Part shown: positions 35,339 through 46,765 of the stretch, piece after piece | How positions within the stretch are numbered: the first letter of the stretch is position 1 | How the letters are laid out: each line of letters starts with the position of its first letter | Source of the DNA: Paraglomus brasilianum | Taxonomy: Eukaryota | Direction: 5' to 3' | Assembly: GCA_910592345.1 (NCBI GenBank) | Contig: CAJVPI010000170.1 | Location: 1-46,765, forward strand | Length of the DNA: 46,765 bases | Translations under genes and position numbers: made by a program | The notes under the pieces: generated by a model | Seen by the model: the letters and a program-made list of their open reading frames with translations, nothing else | Database searches by the model: none | What the model was told of the DNA's origin: nothing

Positions 35339-37529
35339 CTAAAACGCACCGTTGGACATATTCCCGGCAGGCTGTTGTGATATCTGGCCCTGTCCAAACG
35401 GAAAGTTCCCCTGACCGATGTTCGCATTCTGGAATAAGCCGTTCCCCGGTGCAACATTGCTAATTTGCCCTATAGAAGACGTCCCCGTAGGCGATGTTCC
35501 AAATCCAGGAGAAACGGACATCTTTCTGAATGGGTTGCTATCAACCTGTTGATTTACTGGTGACTGAACTGGCGAGCCAGCAAATAATGTTGAGAATGGA
35601 TTCGATGGATTCGTTGGATTTGGCGAAACCGATGGAAGCTGGTTTACTGCCTGGAATGGATTACTAAGAGAGGAGTTAGTTGAGACAACAGTCGAGGTTG
35701 TGGAATACATCGATGATCTAAATGGATTGCTGTCCAATCCGGCTGATGGTTGCAAGGTCAGTGGAGCTTGTTGTATGGGCTGGTTGCTTAGTAGTAAAGG
35801 CTGGTTTATTTGTGGTTGTATGAGTTGAACAGCAAGAAATGGGTTGGTAGCGCTTCTACCAAACGATCCTACATATTGATACGGGCTGCCTGTTATCACT
35901 GATTGCCGATCCTCAATAGCAGAGAAGAAATCAAAGTCGATGAGATCTTTTTCCTTGGTTGAGTCCGAAGGTTTGGCTATATATGGTAATATGCGTTTAG
36001 GACTTCGATTGCATTAAAATCCATTCATACAATATATTCCAAACTCACCATCCGAAGGCATTTTATCGGTGACAGGTTTAGAAGCCGACGACGAGGAAGG
36101 CGTTGTCGATTTGGTAGTTGTCTGTTTTACCGTGGGTTTAGATGATGTTTGGGATTCGGTACGGTTACGTTTTGACAATTCGTAGGCTTTTTTATTTTCT
36201 TCATAATTCGGATCATTCAGATATCCTTCTAATGTAACGGTCAAAGATACTGGTGCCTTCATCAAAATTAGACAGTTAGGAGAAGACTTGATAAATAATA
36301 TTAACAGAGTGGTTGACTCACATGTTTGAGAGCGGGAATATTTATTTGAAGTGCTGCTTGCAATTTCTTGGCAACGTTCAAATAGTCAACAACTGCTTCC
36401 GTCTGCTTAGCAAACGTTTTGTAAATTTCTAACGAATCCTTCGCGTCGTACTTTGACATCTCAAAAAAATGTTCTAGAAAGCAGAAATGAAGCATAAGAT
36501 ATAATGTAACAACTCTGCACACAAATATTAACGCACATTTTCGCAATAATATATACCTAGGACATTAATAACACCCTCGTTCACCACTCGGAATAGAGCT
36601 AATAAATCTTTGACAAGTAATCTGAATGCAACTAGCGTCACTTCATTATCGACTTCATCCAAATAAAACTGAAGTGGATAACAAAGATAATGGTAATCAG
36701 TTATATTGTATTCGTAGAAATGGCAACGTTAATTATTAATTAAACCAACCTTGCAATTCAACAGAGCCCCCAGCTGTCGTTGTACAATCTTAACTTCCCT
36801 CAACAGTCCTTTATCTACCGTAAGACTTCTGAGTCTACCATCCCCATTCTCATTCTGTCTCACATAGTCAATCTTCAAATCACGATAAACCACGACTTTT
36901 TCTTCCAGGTATTTAGCATATGAATGTATATGCTTCTTTTGTTCAGCTATTTGGATGAAACTTCATTACTTAGAAGCTGTAGCCAACTCATTACAGAATG
37001 AAGGAAACTAGGTCAAATATGTACCGTGAGAGCCGGATTTATCTTTGAATCCGGAAACATTGATTATAGTTGGATCATTTGCTATATGGGCGAGCACTCT
37101 TTCACCGTTTGATTCTCTGGATAGCGTATGGATGACTATTAAGCTTTTAAAGACAACCTGCACAAAAAAGTAGAAATTTAAGACACTAATTAATTACGGT
37201 TCGACTCATTATCCTGTAACGACATGACGTTCAAATAGAGTCCATTCAGCAACTTCCAAGATCCGGTTTCTGCACTTCATCTATAGATCTGTCCTCGCTT
37301 ACCGCCCAAGAATGTTCCCTAAGCCGGTAACGAAGCGTTGTAAACATATCATTCAAGGCAATATCGTTCGTACTGGCCTTTGTAAGCGCTAACACCAAAG
37401 CAAACGACGCCCGTTAGTTACAAATCACTGTCAAAGAAAGCCGATGTAATGGTGTACCTCACCTGTCAGGTACTTCCGTTTTGGCGCTGCGCTCTTCGAT
37501 TTTGTTGCACCACGAACTGCTTTGTCCAT
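35339..37529 (-). CDS. ANTH-domain clathrin adaptor (AP180/Yap1801-like), 8 exons
   Basis: MDKAVRGATKSKSAAPKRKYL, VVFKSLIVIH, YAKYLEEK, GRLRSLTVDKGLLREV, NEGVINVLEHFFEMSKYDA; C-terminal tail with multiple NPF motifs and DFDFF. Confidence 0.92.
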
Positions 37530-38229
37530 GGTGTATTGAGATTATATTATTAGGAAGGCAGGAAAGAAGTAACGGTTGGGTTTTAATTGACTGATTTGGG
37601 CAAGTGTAAGTGCACTGTGGCTGTAAAGTTATAATTCAGTATGATGACGTTATCATGATATATTTCTTGTAAGTACAAATCACATGAATATCGCGGCTTA
37701 CATTTACTTCATACTCATAATGTCATCCTTAAGCATTCTAGGCGGTTTAGAGGATCAGCTGCAGGGCAATAATTAGACAAGAAATGATTAATGATAATAT
37801 GGACATTTATTATGTGACATAAATGTTAACTAATTTTTCCAATGAAGAGGACCAAAGCCGTTAATGAGTATAATAACCTATTCTTTAGTCACTCTGGTGC
37901 AAATTTAAATTTCATTATCTCTTCTATACTATTACTATTTCTATATGATTTTTTCACTTTCCCCATCTAAGTGGTTTACATTTTCTTCTCGTCGTCAATC
38001 CAACGTTGAATTGTCTCAATGGTGGGGTTGCTCTTCGAAGATAAGAATTTTGTCGTATAATCGTATTAGGTCGTTCACAACATTTCGATTTCTGGCCGAC
38101 AGTTTTGTTATGAATTGTAACTTCGACGTTTGAATTAAGGCTCCCGTATTATTAAGCCGATTGTTGCAAATTATGCTATTAGCAATAGGCCGAGAATGAT
38201 GCTAATTAATACTCCAAAAAAGAATTCGT

Positions 38230-39240
38230 TTGCGAATGTAAGTATTTTGTAGAGTTATTGTGGTTGCTCAAAATGATTACACGAGAAAGGTTTGCCGAAT
38301 TGCGTGAAGCGTTTCAAGCTTTCTCTAGATCGAAACAAGATATATTTTTAATGGCCCAGCTGAAGCAATGAATGGTGGAGAAATAAGTGCCAGTCGACGT
38401 CTTAAAAAGAAAACGCGTATTAATAAGAGAACTTTTTATTATTGAGATTGCAATACGCCACTTTGTCAAGAATTACGAACAAATTAGTTCGATGAGTTTT
38501 TCTTAAATGCATTATATAGCTGCAGGGACGATTTTTGACAAACTGAAATTGGCATTATGAATTTTTATTGGGTAAATGTCATGTGATTGATAAGTGATCT
38601 GCAGAACAAAATTTCGGACTGTAGATTAAGATGTCCTGCACCATATACGAAACTATCAGAAGAGGTAGATGAGCATTTTATGACGAACGGTAAAGCTGAT
38701 TATTGTAGCGTTGACGCTACTACTCATTACAGTTATGATTGAGCACAAAATATTCACGTTCCACATTCCGATCAAAAGATAAGATCGTTGTCTTAGTCCG
38801 CGTAAAGATGAAGCAGGACGCGAACGAATTGATTATGTTCTCAAGGAGGACGAAATTATAGGCAAAAGCCCTAATTGCACGCTTAGCATAATATTCGATG
38901 ATTGAATAAAGGTGAAAAGCATTTAAAATAAGGGGTGGTCAGAATAAATAATGCTACCATTTGATTTTACCTGTACTTAGACATTTGCAGTTATTGTGTG
39001 GGATCATATTGTCGAGGTCGTGAAAGATCAAGCGCAACCGGATTAAATAAGGCTCAATGCTATGACAAAACAGGAAGTATTATTAACGAATTGTCAACCA
39101 TCGCTTCAATCTTTCATCTGGTTAATACGCATCAAGTATCAATCATTTACTCATTTCAGACGGACTTTTTTTGATAAACATTTAGATATTTATTGTTTCA
39201 ATTTTAACCCCGATGAAGTAGAAAGAAAAAGAAGAAGAAA
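38230..39240 (+). mobile_element. Degenerate Sola-like DNA transposase, copy 2
   Basis: Aligns by eye with 18230-18410 and 18970-19150; additionally carries EIIGKSPNCTLS and a GGQNK remnant of the DNCxGQNKN motif. Confidence 0.6.
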
Positions 39241-39643
39241 TGCATTTGATTATGACGTCACATAAGGTTAATTTTATCATATTTGGTTTTTCGAGTAGAA
39301 AAGCTTAATTTGTCTGTATAAATGGTTTTTTGATTCTTTTACAAAGTAAAAAGACATGTTTTGTTTGGTTAGGAGTTTTTTGCTGTACATGGAATTATTT
39401 AGATTAACCCTTAGGCAAGTTAACTTGTAGTGGTGGTATAGGTTTAGAAGCGTTAAAGGTATGCTATTTGCATCGTTATATATAACAATAAGAATGGATT
39501 GAATGCTAATTACAAAAATAAAAAATGTCGAAATATATAATAAAAATATCAAACAATAAACACCAGGAATACTTTTGATTAACTACAATTACTCAAGAAA
39601 AAGCCTATTAAGTCGTCCGAATAGCCAATTAATCCGATAGAAG

Positions 39644-40108
39644 TTACTGGGATAATCCTTTTATCTCTTGATGATAGAATCTCAGACAAACATCCTTTGC
39701 GTCCGATCCCAATCCCAAAAATTCCACATTCTGGCAAACGCCGTAGTAATTGTCCAAAGTAAGAGAGGCATACCACTTCTGGATATCACCGTAGTATAAG
39801 TATTCCAGAATAGCTTCGAAAGTTTCAGGTGATGGAATAGAGATAGTAACCGCATCGCCGTTTTGCACCGTCTCGAACAATTCCTTGAAGAACATTGATT
39901 GAGTTTCGAGGTATTCTTTGTGTACCCAGAACGGTTTATTGATTCCTGCAATGCGCAGTTCGGCGTATGCTGTTTTCTTGTCATTGAAGTACAGTGGGCC
40001 AAGGTCGTGGAGTTTTTCGATGATGTATTGGATGGGAATGTCTGCGGTCAAGTGGGATGGGAAGTCGGGGACGAATTGGTCAGCTGGGAGATTTGTTGCG
40101 CTAAGCAT
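39644..40108 (-). CDS. Small BTB/POZ domain protein
   Basis: FWVHKEYLETQSMFFKELF...ISIPSPETFEAILEYLYYGD...NVEFLGL; ATG at 40108; single exon. Confidence 0.85.
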   Translation of the reverse strand: MLSATNLPADQFVPDFPSHLTADIPIQYIIEKLHDLGPLYFNDKKTAYAELRIAGINKPFWVHKEYLETQSMFFKELFETVQNGDAVTISIPSPETFEAILEYLYYGDIQKWYASLTLDNYYGVCQNVEFLGLGSDAKDVCLRFYHQEIKGLSQ

Positions 40109-40604
40109 TTTGTAAATGTTGTTGTATGAAGTTGTGTGAGTAGTGTGAGCGTTTGTGTGTGTGTTTAGTGCTTTATTAGTCACTGTATTGATAGTGGCTT
40201 TGGATTTTTAGCTTTTCTTTGAAGGCTGTTCGGAAGACTTGATCTGCTTGCAACTTCTCCAGCGCTGATTCCAGCTGCTTTTATGCATTTTTGCTGCTAC
40301 ATGCCTAACACATTCTCTTAATTCATTTTCATTTGAATCCATCTTTCGATCAATGCGCAAGAGCGGTTTGCTATTGTGTAAACAATCCAAATGTAACCTT
40401 AATATTGTCGCGTGAATGTACAACAATAGTAATGCCTGCTATTTACTCCCTACATAAGACGATGATCATTTGCACATTTGGTGGTTTTGTACGACACAAC
40501 AGATAATGTGAACAATAAACTTTGGATGAAACCCATTGTATTATTGTTTTCGTACTCTTGTTAGCTATATTGTCTACAGATAGGACAATTTTTTTGTTTC
40601 AACC

Positions 40605-43520
40605 ATGAATAATTCGAGGAGCCCAGTACGATCTGGTCAAAGGGCAAGTGTTAGGATCCTACGTTACCTTTCTATATACGGCTAGGCGTCCACTTTTTTT
40701 GTAGTAAACACCTATCGTCCAACTTATTATGTTGTTCAAGGGGGAAGAAATAGTGAAAGATTATACGCTTGAGCCTGAACACGAACTACGATTTGAAGTT
40801 GACTTTGGAACTACTGTGAAACTTAAGGTAAACATAATACGCACGATCGTATAATAATAGCAATACATTGTGTATAATAGCATTTAAGATAGTCCGAATA
40901 ATATTGTTGATGTGAGTATAATAAATAGTATGCAATAGTTCGGCATGCATTACTTAATTGTGCTATGGCAGAGCCAGAATAATATTAACACAAAGCCGTA
41001 CAAGCATTATTCGGCGTTTCTGTCATTAGTGCAAATCATTGGATTATTTCCATATCCCATTATTATTATCCACTATTGTTGTACCTTTATGCTATTTTTC
41101 TATTATCTTTCTCATTTTGACCTATAATCATCCAAGTACAAACCCCATTATTATTATCCTACCCAGCCAAAACCATTATTTCTTGAGGAGCATTATCTTC
41201 ACGCGTGTTTATCTTGTGTCAGTACCCATTGCTTGGAATAATACTAACAGCTTCCTTTCTTCTTGACACAAGTTGATCTCAGGCACAGCAGAGATCTTTG
41301 GAACTGAGATTGGAATAGCTCCCGAGTACGAATTCACGGGACGCAAAGTAGCTGTGTTCACTTGGCGAGGTTGTCGACTTGAAATATCCTTTTATACGCA
41401 TAATTGATAAAATACATGCACACGAGGATTCTTTTTTGTATTTCCATTCCATATGAGGACAATTGAAGATGATGCGTTCTCATTGTTGAATCTTTCACAA
41501 ATCTAATCATTATTCTGTCACCCAACAACCGCTTGCTTGGTCGATCCATCACCGTCACAAGACAATACCTAACCTCACATATGATGGCGTGAGATGATAT
41601 TGTATGATTGTTTGTTTAATCTAATATCCTTGACAAATAATACTTACGAGGAACATGCAGCGTGGAATATGTTGCCACAGAAACACCAATGGTCAGTTAT
41701 TTGAACATGCATCTAGCATTGGAGCAACTACGTGAACAAGCCAAGATTACGAATAAACAAGGGCCAAGGGTATGTATGACAGGGCCTATAATGTGTGGAA
41801 CTATTTAATTAGTATTATATGATGCGTATACGCAGGCTATTATCTATAACGTACAATCATTATTGCCAAACTGATGTTAAGTTTGTGTCACTTTTCTGGT
41901 TTGTTCTAGGTGTTAATTGTGGGACCAGAAGATGTAGGGAAAACGTCATTGAGCAAGATACTTCTCAGCTATGCATTACGACAAAGTCACAACCCTATCT
42001 TCATCGATCTCGATCCAAATGAGGTAAGCAGAAACTTGATGATCTTATTCTGAGGAAAAACAAATCGCAGTGAACGACTAAGGTTTTTAGGACAACAAAA
42101 TCGCGTCTCGAAGCCTCACAACCCACTTTCTTTACAATAGATTATCCTTTCGCCCTGTTCATTGATGTAGAACAAAGTAGCAATTCGAGAGCGGAAATTT
42201 CATACATCGCTAATGATATCACATGCTATTATCCACAGGGTACAATAACCATGCCGGGAACTCTCAGTGCGACATCAATCACGCACATAATTGATGTCGA
42301 GGAAGGCTTTGGTTCTTCTGCTACAACAGCACCATCGATGGGATCGACGACGTTGCCATTAGTTTATTACTACGGGTATGCTGATTCAGGAGAAAATTTG
42401 AAACTGTTTAAGATGTTGACCAGTCAATTGGCTAAGGTTGTCAAGGCTAGAATTGACGAGGATGCAAACGGTATGGGAATGGAATGTGCGAGAGTAACTG
42501 TATCAGTGTTGATGGTGATCTTAATCGTAATAATTCTCTTGCTCTTTTGCATTACTCTTTTCTCTAGCTCGTGTCTCCGGCCTTGTTATCGATACGAATG
42601 GATTAACAGATAATACAGGATACGAAATCATTCAACATTGTGTGGAACTATTCTATGGTTTGTATTACGTGTTAATGTCTTGCCTGTGATATCAACCCGT
42701 TGCTTATCCCTAAACGTTTTTTTTTTAAATGATTTAAGTGAACATAATAATTGTCCTTGGTCATGAACGTCTTTACAGCGATATGGACAGATTATACAAT
42801 GACAATAATGACGTGACTGTTCTCAAATTGCTGAAATCTGGAGGTGTAAGTATTTGCTATCTATTCGCGTGATTTAAACGATTGCGTAACGATTTTTGAA
42901 AACGTGCATTATTTCAAGGTCGTCGATCGTGATAATTCCTTTCGTCGTCAACTTCAAATGCGCAAGATACGAGAATATTTCTATGGTACACCTAAATGCG
43001 AACTATCGCCATATTCAACGATTATCAACTTCCATGACTTTTCTATCTATCGAGTTGGAGTAGGTAGGTTAACAAACGTTTGAGTTTTTCTGATTCACGT
43101 AATGCTCAAGATCTTTCAATAATATAATTCGATCACTATACGCGAATAATGAAAATTATTAGGTTCACTCGCCCCGTCATCGGCATTACCAATTGGTATT
43201 GATCGCAAAGTAAGCGAAACCCAGCTTGTAAAAGTTGAACCTGATGATAGCTTATCACATTCCATAGTAGCAATATCAGCATCAGAAACATCTGATGAGG
43301 TTCAATTGCTCGAAGCTAATATATTGGGATTCATTTATGTGTAAGTTGTCGGCTATTAATTGAACTAGCACGCTTTGCGCATTGTCTTAGTTGTTATCTT
43401 ATTTTATCTAGCACAGAAGTTGATACTGCGAAACATAAAATGACGGTGCTGTCTCCATGTCCAGGACGATTACCTAATCAATTCTTGTTAGTAGGATCTT
43501 TCAAATGGATGGAGAGCTGA
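40605..43520 (+). CDS. CLP1: Polynucleotide 5'-kinase / cleavage-polyadenylation factor Clp1, about 11 exons
   Basis: [110 protein letters not shown]. The first exon (40605-40643) is less certain. Confidence 0.93.
41384..41643 (+). other. U12-type (minor spliceosome) AT-AC intron in CLP1
   Basis: 5' site ATATCCTTTT, branch site TATCCTTGAC (41625-41634), 3' TAC; removal gives in-frame [14 protein letters not shown]. Confidence 0.9.
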
Positions 43521-43734
43521 GACACATAATTACAGGGTGTTCTAGAATTATTTTATTTTATTTGAGTTATTTGTTTGACCTAACTTGGTCATTTTTAGTT
43601 CGTAAAAACTACTTCTAATAGAAAATTAGTTTCATTCCATACTTGAGTGTGTGAAGGAACTCCAACTACAACATATTACTTTTGATTATCTTCTACTAAA
43701 TTTCAAAAATGAACAATATAACCTAGTTATGCAA

Positions 43735-45935
43735 TTAAAGTTCTTCACGCGGATCTGGCGATGGCTTGCTATCCTGATTATCCTGATTATCCTGATTATC
43801 CTGGTACAATTTACTGGTAATTGGATTCACAATAGCTTGTAACTCTTCTTTCTTTTCATCAAAGTCTTCTTTTGTTGCTGAATTAGAATGCTCCTCAAAC
43901 CAGTCTAGTGTCTTCTTAATAGCATCTCTGATTGTCTCCTTATCTTCATCATTCAACTTCTTGCCAAGATCACCGTCATCAGCAACAGAACTCTTTAGAG
44001 TGTACGCAAAGTTTTCCAAGGCATTACGAGCCTCAATACGTTCTTTCTGTATTCTATCGTCCTCAGCAAACTGTTCGGCCTCCTCGACCATACGTTCGAT
44101 ATCCTCCTTGGAGAGACGTCCCTTATCATTAGTAATAGTAATGGATTCTGATTTGCCGGTGCCCTTGTCAGCCGCTGATACTTTAAGAATGCCATTGGCG
44201 TCAAGCTCGAATGTAACTTCTATTTGGGGTATACCACGAAGAGCTGGAGGAATACCAGTCAATTCGAACTTGCCCAGAAGATTGTTGTCCTTTGTAAGAC
44301 TTCTTTCACCTTCATATACTTGAATCAATACGGTTGGCTGATTGTCAGCGGCCGTCGAGAATATCTGCGATTTTTTAGTTGGAATGACTGTATTACGTGG
44401 AATAAGCTTTGTCATCACACCACCGGTCGTCTCGATACCAAGTGTTAACGGACATACATCGACCAGAAGCACGTCTTTAACGTCCTTGTCACCACCAAGG
44501 ATACCACCCTGCACAGCCGCACCATAAGCTACAGCTTCATCGGGATTAATACTCTTTGATGCTTTCTTTCCGTTAAAGAATTCCTCCAATAGTTGTTGTA
44601 CTTTAGGAATACGGGTCGATCCACCGACGAGTACAATGTCATGGACGTCTTTTTTATCCACATTGGCATCCTTCAGCACTTGATCAACAGGCTTTAATGT
44701 CTTACGGAACAAATCTTGATTAAGTTCCTCAAACTTAGCCCTGGTAAGTGTCTCGGAGAACTCCTGACCGTTATGGAACGATTCAATCTCGATACGTGTA
44801 GACATCTGTGATGATAAAGTACGCTTGGCCTTCTCAACTTCGCGTTTCAGTTTACCCATTGCTTTCAAATCCTTGGTCACATCGACCTTGTTTTTCTTCT
44901 TGTATAGTTTGACGAAGTAGTCGATGACACGATTGTCGAAATCTTCACCACCAAGATGTGTATCACCAGCCGTAGCCAATACTTCGAACACGCCATCGTC
45001 GATAGATAGGAGAGAGACATCAAATGTACCACCACCAAGATCATAGACAAGTATTTGTCGTTCCCCGTCTCCTTTATCAAGACCGTAGGCAATAGCCGCT
45101 GCAGTCGGTTCGTTGACAATACGCATGACATTCAATCCAGCGATTATGCCGGCATCTTTAGTAGCCTGTCGCTGAGCATCGTTGAAGTACGCAGGTACTG
45201 TTACAACCGCGTGTGACACCTTCTTTCCGAGGTATGACTCGGCAATGTCTCTCATCTTTCCCAATACCATAGCCGAGATCTCTTCTGGTGTAAATGTTTT
45301 TAGCTCTCCTTTAACTTTGACTTGAATTACTGGTTTATCATCTTTCTCGACGATCTTAAATGGAAAGTTCTTCATGTCATTCTGAACATCTTTATCGTTG
45401 AATCGGCGACCTATTAACCTTTTAGCATCGAATATCGTGTTTTCTGGATTAGACGCTGCTTGATTTTTTGCTGCGTCACCAATAAGCCGTTCTCCGTCTT
45501 CTGTAAATGCGACGTAAGATGGGGTGATACGGTTACCCTGCTCATTGGCAATAATTTCCACTCGGCCATTCACATGGACTCCAACACACGAGTACGTTGT
45601 CCCTAAATCAATCCCAATAACTGGTTGTGTTGAGGATTAAACAGACAATATGCATACAAAAGTGTGAGTATAAATGTTTGCTTTGACGAAGATAACTTCC
45701 ACACGTAATAATATCACAAATGCTGATGTCGCAAGATTCAGGGAAACAGTCAAAAAAAATGCCCATCATACTCCAACAACGTGTTGCTGATAATTTTGGG
45801 CCCTTGCTTATTCTCACCTGTTCCAACATCCGGTTTTGCTTCGTCGCCATGTACTAGTGCGATTGGTACGATAACTAACGCAATTATCAACGCCAGCAAC
45901 CAACTTATCGACCAGAATCGGAGTCTGTTCTTCAT
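43735..45935 (-). CDS. KAR2: ER Hsp70 chaperone BiP, 2 exons
   Basis: Signal-peptide exon 45935-45818, intron 45817-45621, then [45 protein letters not shown], etc.; C-terminal REEL. Confidence 0.97.
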
Positions 45936-46103
45936 TTATTATTTTTATTATTATGGAATTGCCTTTAGTATGTACTGTATCGAACGTCTGCAAAGTGGTA
46001 GGTTGCGTATTTGTTGAGGTGTTAGTAGAAAAAAAGTCAGTTTGGCTGGGCAACTAAAAACTTTGCCCTTATATTATATTCCTGCCCAATTTACAAACAG
46101 TAA

Positions 46104-46276
46104 ACGTGTCAAAAATTCAATGATTGCAGTGTTGGCGTATTATCATTGGTTTCATGTGCAGCATGACTGAGTTGGCAATTTTTGATTGGCTAGTAACACT
46201 ATGAATAAAATTGTGTGCATGTTCTAAAAAAAGAGGGAACGTCATACTAATATAATACTAAAGCCGAGTGACGTGA
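46104..46276 (-). promoter_or_regulatory. BiP promoter UPR module: GACACGT, two CCAAT-N9-CCAAC elements and TGACGTGA
   Basis: Minus strand CCAAT-GATAATACG-CCAAC (46149-46131) and CCAAT-CAAAAATTG-CCAAC (46189-46171); ACGTGTC at 46104-46110; TGACGTGA at 46269-46276; TATA-like sequence near 46068-46080. Confidence 0.55.
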
Positions 46277-46765
46277 GCAACCATAGTTTCTTCCGAAGTA
46301 GAATATCTACGCGTAAATCGGTTATTGATTTAACCAGAGAATAGCTATTGTTGTTATTGTTACCGTTGTGACTATTATTACCGTCTAAATTATTGTTTAA
46401 AACGAAATTTGGGATCTTCTTTTAATGCCTCTGAAACCCACATATACTCTTCTATTAACTATCGCGAGGAACTTTTATACTCTTCTATTAACAAAGTCAC
46501 CCCCAAAAAACTTTCATATTAAAATAGAGAAAATTTCATTTCAATCCGATTTTTCGTTTCAATCATTAAGACCTAATTATGGTTATCATTATAAATATAT
46601 TCTGGTGCTTCCGATTATTATGTGCAGATCAAACTATCCTCATTTCGTCAAATCTTGCGCTTTCCTAACTTTTATGACTTTCTATTACCCGGATGGATTG
46701 AATCGATCAAAAATAGTCAACTATAATCAATCAATTGGCGTAGCTATGTTACATAACTAAGGCTC

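Noticed and set aside
37198..37207. GGTTCGACTC B-box suggesting a tRNA
   Set aside because: No acceptor stem, D arm or anticodon arm around it
38519..38642. Possible tiny MITE inside Sola-like copy 2
   Set aside because: Only about 10-nt imperfect inverted ends; cannot be supported without other copies
43932..44527. Plus-strand ORFs antisense to BiP
   Set aside because: Common antisense open frames of Hsp70 genes caused by codon bias

Overview
Eukaryotic, intron-rich, AT-rich nuclear DNA, most consistent with an early-diverging fungus (Mucoromycota-like, e.g. Glomeromycotina/Endogonales; this is an inference from gene content, intron style and TE families). Fourteen apparently intact genes were reconstructed by hand: pirin, a T-box transcription factor, dolichol kinase, UDP-GlcNAc pyrophosphorylase, mitochondrial S7, an F-box-like/ankyrin protein, a Munc13-like C2/MHD protein, a BtuF-like binding protein, RPA43, U2AF small subunit, AP180/ANTH adaptor, a BTB protein, Clp1 and BiP/KAR2. 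Decayed mobile elements lie between them: a Fanzor/TnpB remnant, Harbinger, two Sola-like copies, Tc1 copies and a pogo-like MITE. Most notable: (1) a textbook U12-type AT-AC intron in CLP1, preceded by a GC-AG intron and an odd long intron; (2) two tandem metazoan-style ERSE-like CCAAT-N9-CCAAC elements plus UPRE motifs in the BiP promoter; (3) an intron-bearing, signal-less BtuF-like protein; (4) a fungal T-box gene; (5) a Fanzor2-like relic; (6) recurrent TGA codons at apparent Trp positions in old TE copies. No database searches were run, so all family calls rest on recognised motifs.
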